A stretch of DNA of 38,380 nt. Origin: a virus. Its lineage: Duplodnaviria > Caudoviricetes. Positions 35,284-38,380 of this stretch are shown in pieces. Every line of letters begins with the position of its first letter. Position 1 is the first letter of the stretch. The stretch is from the IMG/VR virus record IMGVR_UViG_3300020045_000833, positions 1 to 38,380 of that record. One strand, given 5' to 3'. Made by a program: the position numbers and the translations under genes. The notes beneath the pieces were generated by a model. It was not told where the DNA came from. It saw only the letters and a program-made list of their open reading frames with translations, and ran no database searches.

Positions 35284-35350
35284 AGTTGTGGCGCGCGAGA
35301 TGAACAATTCAGACAACGCGCACTTCCGCGTTTGGCAGGGGAAATACTGA
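35066..35350 (+). CDS. Conserved-type podovirus head-region protein (94 aa)
   Basis: HDFTPIL..AK.LR...VG.IP....EW.K.WG...N..DN..FRVW.G pattern; ATG at 35066. Confidence 0.8.
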   Translation: MKLREEMKVDGDHLVIKQTHDFTPILDRAKQLRDIGAAKFGESRLVGVIPMKLWAEWAKKWGVNAGDHAAMREVVAREMNNSDNAHFRVWQGKY

Positions 35351-35351
35351 A

Positions 35352-35693
35352 ATGGCACTTACTATTCAACGACTGCCAGCGCGTTATCGCACTATCGTGA
35401 CGTGGGCTGCTGAAACGACGTCGGCAAACTCCAGCATCAAGCCATATGAGCCTGAAACGTCCATGGCGGTTTCGTCTATTCAGGTTGCGGGAACGTTTGG
35501 CGGCGCGACTGTTACATTTCTTGGTTCCAATGACGGGACAACCTACACGGCGATCAAAGACAACCTCGGCAACGCGATCAGCGTAACGGCTGCGGGTCAG
35601 TTTGAGCTTTCTACCGCCTATCGGTATTTTAAGCCAAACATCAGCGGCGGCACTGGCGATAGCTTGAACGTGTATCTTCTGCACTGGGGCTGA
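35352..35693 (+). CDS. Small beta-rich virion protein
   Basis: IQVAGTFGGATVTFLGSNDG..Y motif. Confidence 0.75.
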   Translation: MALTIQRLPARYRTIVTWAAETTSANSSIKPYEPETSMAVSSIQVAGTFGGATVTFLGSNDGTTYTAIKDNLGNAISVTAAGQFELSTAYRYFKPNISGGTGDSLNVYLLHWG

Positions 35694-35694
35694 C

Positions 35695-36951
35695 ATGGAT
35701 CAGGCAGTAATCCGCCGTCGGCGCAATGGTGGGTTTAACCCGTCCAGACTGTTTGCTGCATCCGAGCAAGGCCAGCTTTCAGAGGTTAACCCCGCGTATT
35801 TATTTCAGGACACGGCAGGCACCACGCCCGTAACCACTCCGGGGCAGGCGGCGGCGCAGTGGATGGATCGCAGCGGGCGCGGCAATCACGACACTCAAGC
35901 AACTGTAGGATCGCGCCCGATCTATGGGAAGCATCCGGCTAATGGCTACCGCAACATGCTGGCGTCGAGTGAGGATTTCTCGGCTGCGGTGTGGCAGAAG
36001 ACTCCCGGAAGCATCACAGCTACCGCAGTTACTGCACCCGATGGAACGGCATCAGCCGCCACGTTCACGGCTACGACTGACACGGCCTACTTGTTTGAAA
36101 ACGTGAACGTAGGGCCAATACCTCAAACGCCAAGCGTATATGTACGCAGAAGGTCGGGTACTGGCAACATTGCCCTACGTGTTGGCTCTACGGACACCCC
36201 TATCACCGGGATTACAGGGGAATGGACGCGAATTGCTGCACCGCAGGCGGCACCGGGGGGTAATGGATTTGTTCTATCGCTCGGGGCGAATTCGTCTATT
36301 GATGTCTGGCACCCTCAACTCGAACTCGGCTCCACCGCCACCCCCTACCAACGCACAGGCGCATCGTCCGGTGTCGCATGGCCCGCACCGCCGTCCTACG
36401 ATATCACCGAGGCAGGGCAAGCCGATCTGCATTACCTGCACTATAACGGCGTATCCTCGTTTATGGTGTCGCCCACGATTACGCCGAATATCGACAAGGC
36501 TCAGGTATTCATAGGGGTGCGGAAGCTGAGTGATGCGGCGACAGGTATGATTGTTGAGAGCAGCACAACTGCGTCTGCTGGTGGTGTGTCCCTATATGTT
36601 CCAAGTTCTCTCGGTGGGTATCAATTTATATCAACCGGATCGGTAGGGGTTTCCCCATCTGCTTCTGGGTATCCAGCCCCAATCATCAACGTTGTTTCGG
36701 CGTTGGGTGACATATCTGGCGACAACGCAACTCTCCGCATCAATGGCACCCAAGTTGCACAATCCACCGCCGACCAAGGCACGGGCAACTATCTCGCATA
36801 CCCACTCTACACAGGTCGTCGCGGCGGAACATCTTTGCCATTCAACGGACTTGTCTACTGCAAGATCGTCCGATTTGGCGCAAACCTGACCGCTGATCAG
36901 ATCGCAGCAACTGAACGCTGGACGGCACAACGCACCGGAGTTGCAATATGA
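35695..36951 (+). CDS. Fibre/spike protein with lectin-like domains (putative receptor-binding)
   Basis: LFQD.AGTTPVT..GQ...D.SG.GNH.TQ...RP; internal RN.L..SEDF...APDGT...QLELGSTATPYQ module; LamG-like C-terminus. Confidence 0.75.
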   Translation: MDQAVIRRRRNGGFNPSRLFAASEQGQLSEVNPAYLFQDTAGTTPVTTPGQAAAQWMDRSGRGNHDTQATVGSRPIYGKHPANGYRNMLASSEDFSAAVWQKTPGSITATAVTAPDGTASAATFTATTDTAYLFENVNVGPIPQTPSVYVRRRSGTGNIALRVGSTDTPITGITGEWTRIAAPQAAPGGNGFVLSLGANSSIDVWHPQLELGSTATPYQRTGASSGVAWPAPPSYDITEAGQADLHYLHYNGVSSFMVSPTITPNIDKAQVFIGVRKLSDAATGMIVESSTTASAGGVSLYVPSSLGGYQFISTGSVGVSPSASGYPAPIINVVSALGDISGDNATLRINGTQVAQSTADQGTGNYLAYPLYTGRRGGTSLPFNGLVYCKIVRFGANLTADQIAATERWTAQRTGVAI

Positions 36952-37343
36952 TTAGGGTAACAGCAGCCGCATCGGCCACGATCATTGACGCGGCAAACCA
37001 CTACGCCATGTGCATCGGCATGAGCGAGGCTGAGGCCGATACCTATCAGGGTCTGAACTGGCAGGACGAACAGGGCAATCTCTATGCCGCAACGTCGTTC
37101 ATGGTGCGTCCTGAATGGCTTGGCGCGGCGCAGTCGCCACTGGTGCGCCCCGCATGGGATACGGGCAACGTGATCGATATGGCGCTGGCAGCGCATGGGC
37201 AGGCCGCATTGCGGTTCTGGCTGGCTGGCGTCAATTCACCGCCCCCGCCTGCCGCTGGCGTGGGCCTGCTGACCGTTTATGGCAATATGGGCGTGCAGGA
37301 GGCCTTGGCGCTGATGGGCCTGACTGCGGTTGAGGTTCTATAA
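36948..37343 (+). CDS. Hypothetical protein following the fibre (possible chaperone)
   Basis: ATGA overlap; SD GGAG; WQDEQGNLYAA.S...RPAWD. Confidence 0.7.
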   Translation: MIRVTAAASATIIDAANHYAMCIGMSEAEADTYQGLNWQDEQGNLYAATSFMVRPEWLGAAQSPLVRPAWDTGNVIDMALAAHGQAALRFWLAGVNSPPPPAAGVGLLTVYGNMGVQEALALMGLTAVEVL

Positions 37344-37552
37344 TGCGCGACAAGGCGCTGCACTTCATCGCTGGAGCTATCATTGCAGCACCTTTTGCCG
37401 CTGTCGGATATCCATACCATGCGGTTGCGGCTGCGGTGCTTGCTGCTGTTGCTAAAGAGGCATGGGATATGCTTGGCAACGGGACGCCGGACGTAATGGA
37501 CGCTGCCGCTACAATAGCAGGCGGGGCATTGGTGACAGTATGCCTAACGTGA
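37343..37552 (+). CDS. Small membrane protein (DK..HF.AG...KE.WD...D..AT..G type)
   Basis: TAATG coupling; SD GAGG; hydrophobic. Confidence 0.75.
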   Translation: MRDKALHFIAGAIIAAPFAAVGYPYHAVAAAVLAAVAKEAWDMLGNGTPDVMDAAATIAGGALVTVCLT

Positions 37553-37896
37553 TCCATCAGATCATTGCCGAACTGAAAACACCATCTGGCCAGATCGGTC
37601 CATTGCACGGCGCACATGATCGTGCAGTGCAGGGGCTTGGACATGCCATGCTTGGGGCCGCTACTGTCGGCTTGATTGGGGCATGGGGCTTTGCGGCTGG
37701 CCTTGGCATTGCGCTGGCGTATTGGATTGCCAAAGAATGGGGCGATCTTGGCCGAGGTGGTGACCTGCGCGATGGCATCGAAGACATGCTTATGGTATGG
37801 CTAGGATGCTTTTACGGCCCATGGTGGTGGCCTTTGCTTATGCTGGCGTGTGGTGGATATCTGATGGCAATGGGGGCGCGGCGTGGAGTGGCGTGA
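37540..37896 (+). CDS. Multi-pass membrane protein
   Basis: Start at ATG 37540 or GTG 37549; GH..LG...YW..KEWGD...D..ED; hydrophobic segments. Confidence 0.7.
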   Translation: MPNVIHQIIAELKTPSGQIGPLHGAHDRAVQGLGHAMLGAATVGLIGAWGFAAGLGIALAYWIAKEWGDLGRGGDLRDGIEDMLMVWLGCFYGPWWWPLLMLACGGYLMAMGARRGVA

Positions 37897-38296
37897 TCTT
37901 ATGACCGCGCAGGCGCTGGATCGGTTCCGCCCGATGTGGATGGGAATTGAAACGGCGCTTTTGTCCGTCGGGTTATTGTTCTGGATATCTACCGGCTTTG
38001 GGGTGGACAGCTTTAGCCCTGAGACATGGGGCGAATGGGCTTGCCAGTGGCCTGCTGTGTGGTGGGCGGCTGTTCAGTCAGTATCGGCTGCGATGATCAT
38101 CACAGGGCTTCTGCGGCCCGTTACGGCGCGTCGTGTGGCACTTGGCGCGGCTGCGCAAGCAATCCAGTTTGCCGCGTTGGCGTATTCTGCGACATTTACA
38201 GGCGGTCAATTTGTGATCGGGGTTTATCCATCGGTTCTGTTTGTGCCGTTTCACCTAGTCCTGATGGTGGAGGCGCTCAGGTATGAACCCCGCTGA
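37883..38296 (+). CDS. Membrane protein with about four TM helices
   Basis: Four hydrophobic stretches; its stop overlaps the start of the holin-like gene (38283 = position 24). Confidence 0.7.
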   Translation: MEWRDLMTAQALDRFRPMWMGIETALLSVGLLFWISTGFGVDSFSPETWGEWACQWPAVWWAAVQSVSAAMIITGLLRPVTARRVALGAAAQAIQFAALAYSATFTGGQFVIGVYPSVLFVPFHLVLMVEALRYEPR

Positions 38297-38380
38297 AATT
38301 CCGGCTGTATTGGTCAATTTAGGCCCAACTGGTTTTATCCTATGGTGGATTTTCAACACATCACGTCAGGCCAAGGCAGA
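38260..38380. repeat. Terminal overlap, identical to 1-121
   Basis: Exact match to the first 121 nt. Confidence 0.95.

Noticed and set aside
35695-36951. Diversity-generating retroelement or invertible tail-fibre system
   Set aside because: I saw no reverse transcriptase, template/variable repeat pair, invertase or inverted crossover sites.

Overview
The window is a complete, circularly permuted tailed-phage genome. The unit length is 38,259 bp, because bases 1-121 are repeated exactly at 38260-38380. The structural genes are podovirus-type: portal, scaffold, major capsid, adaptor, tail-tube/nozzle and ejection proteins, with no tape measure. The host is probably an alphaproteobacterium (Rhodobacteraceae-like; inference). 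Layout: lysis cassette (37343-38296 continuing into 24-1838); leftward early operon ending in a helicase-DNA methyltransferase fusion (7405 to 1902); leaderless ribbon-helix-helix repressor (7510-7650); leftward recombination/replication operon (12576 to 7816); rightward HTH and primase-polymerase/helicase genes, followed by an iteron-rich origin-like region (15155-15430); small regulatory and accessory genes; terminase; tail and ejection genes with an antisense HNH-AP2 insertion; then portal, scaffold, capsid and fibre genes. I found no integrase, partition system, processive DNA polymerase, RNA polymerase or complete tRNA. Five convincing genes under 60 aa are absent from the supplied ORF track. 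The most notable unexplained structure is a 10-bp operator (TGTMATKACA) and a leader motif (AGACCTGACA) shared by three distant promoter regions, which points to a small RHH-controlled regulon. All family calls come from motif recognition by eye, not database searches.
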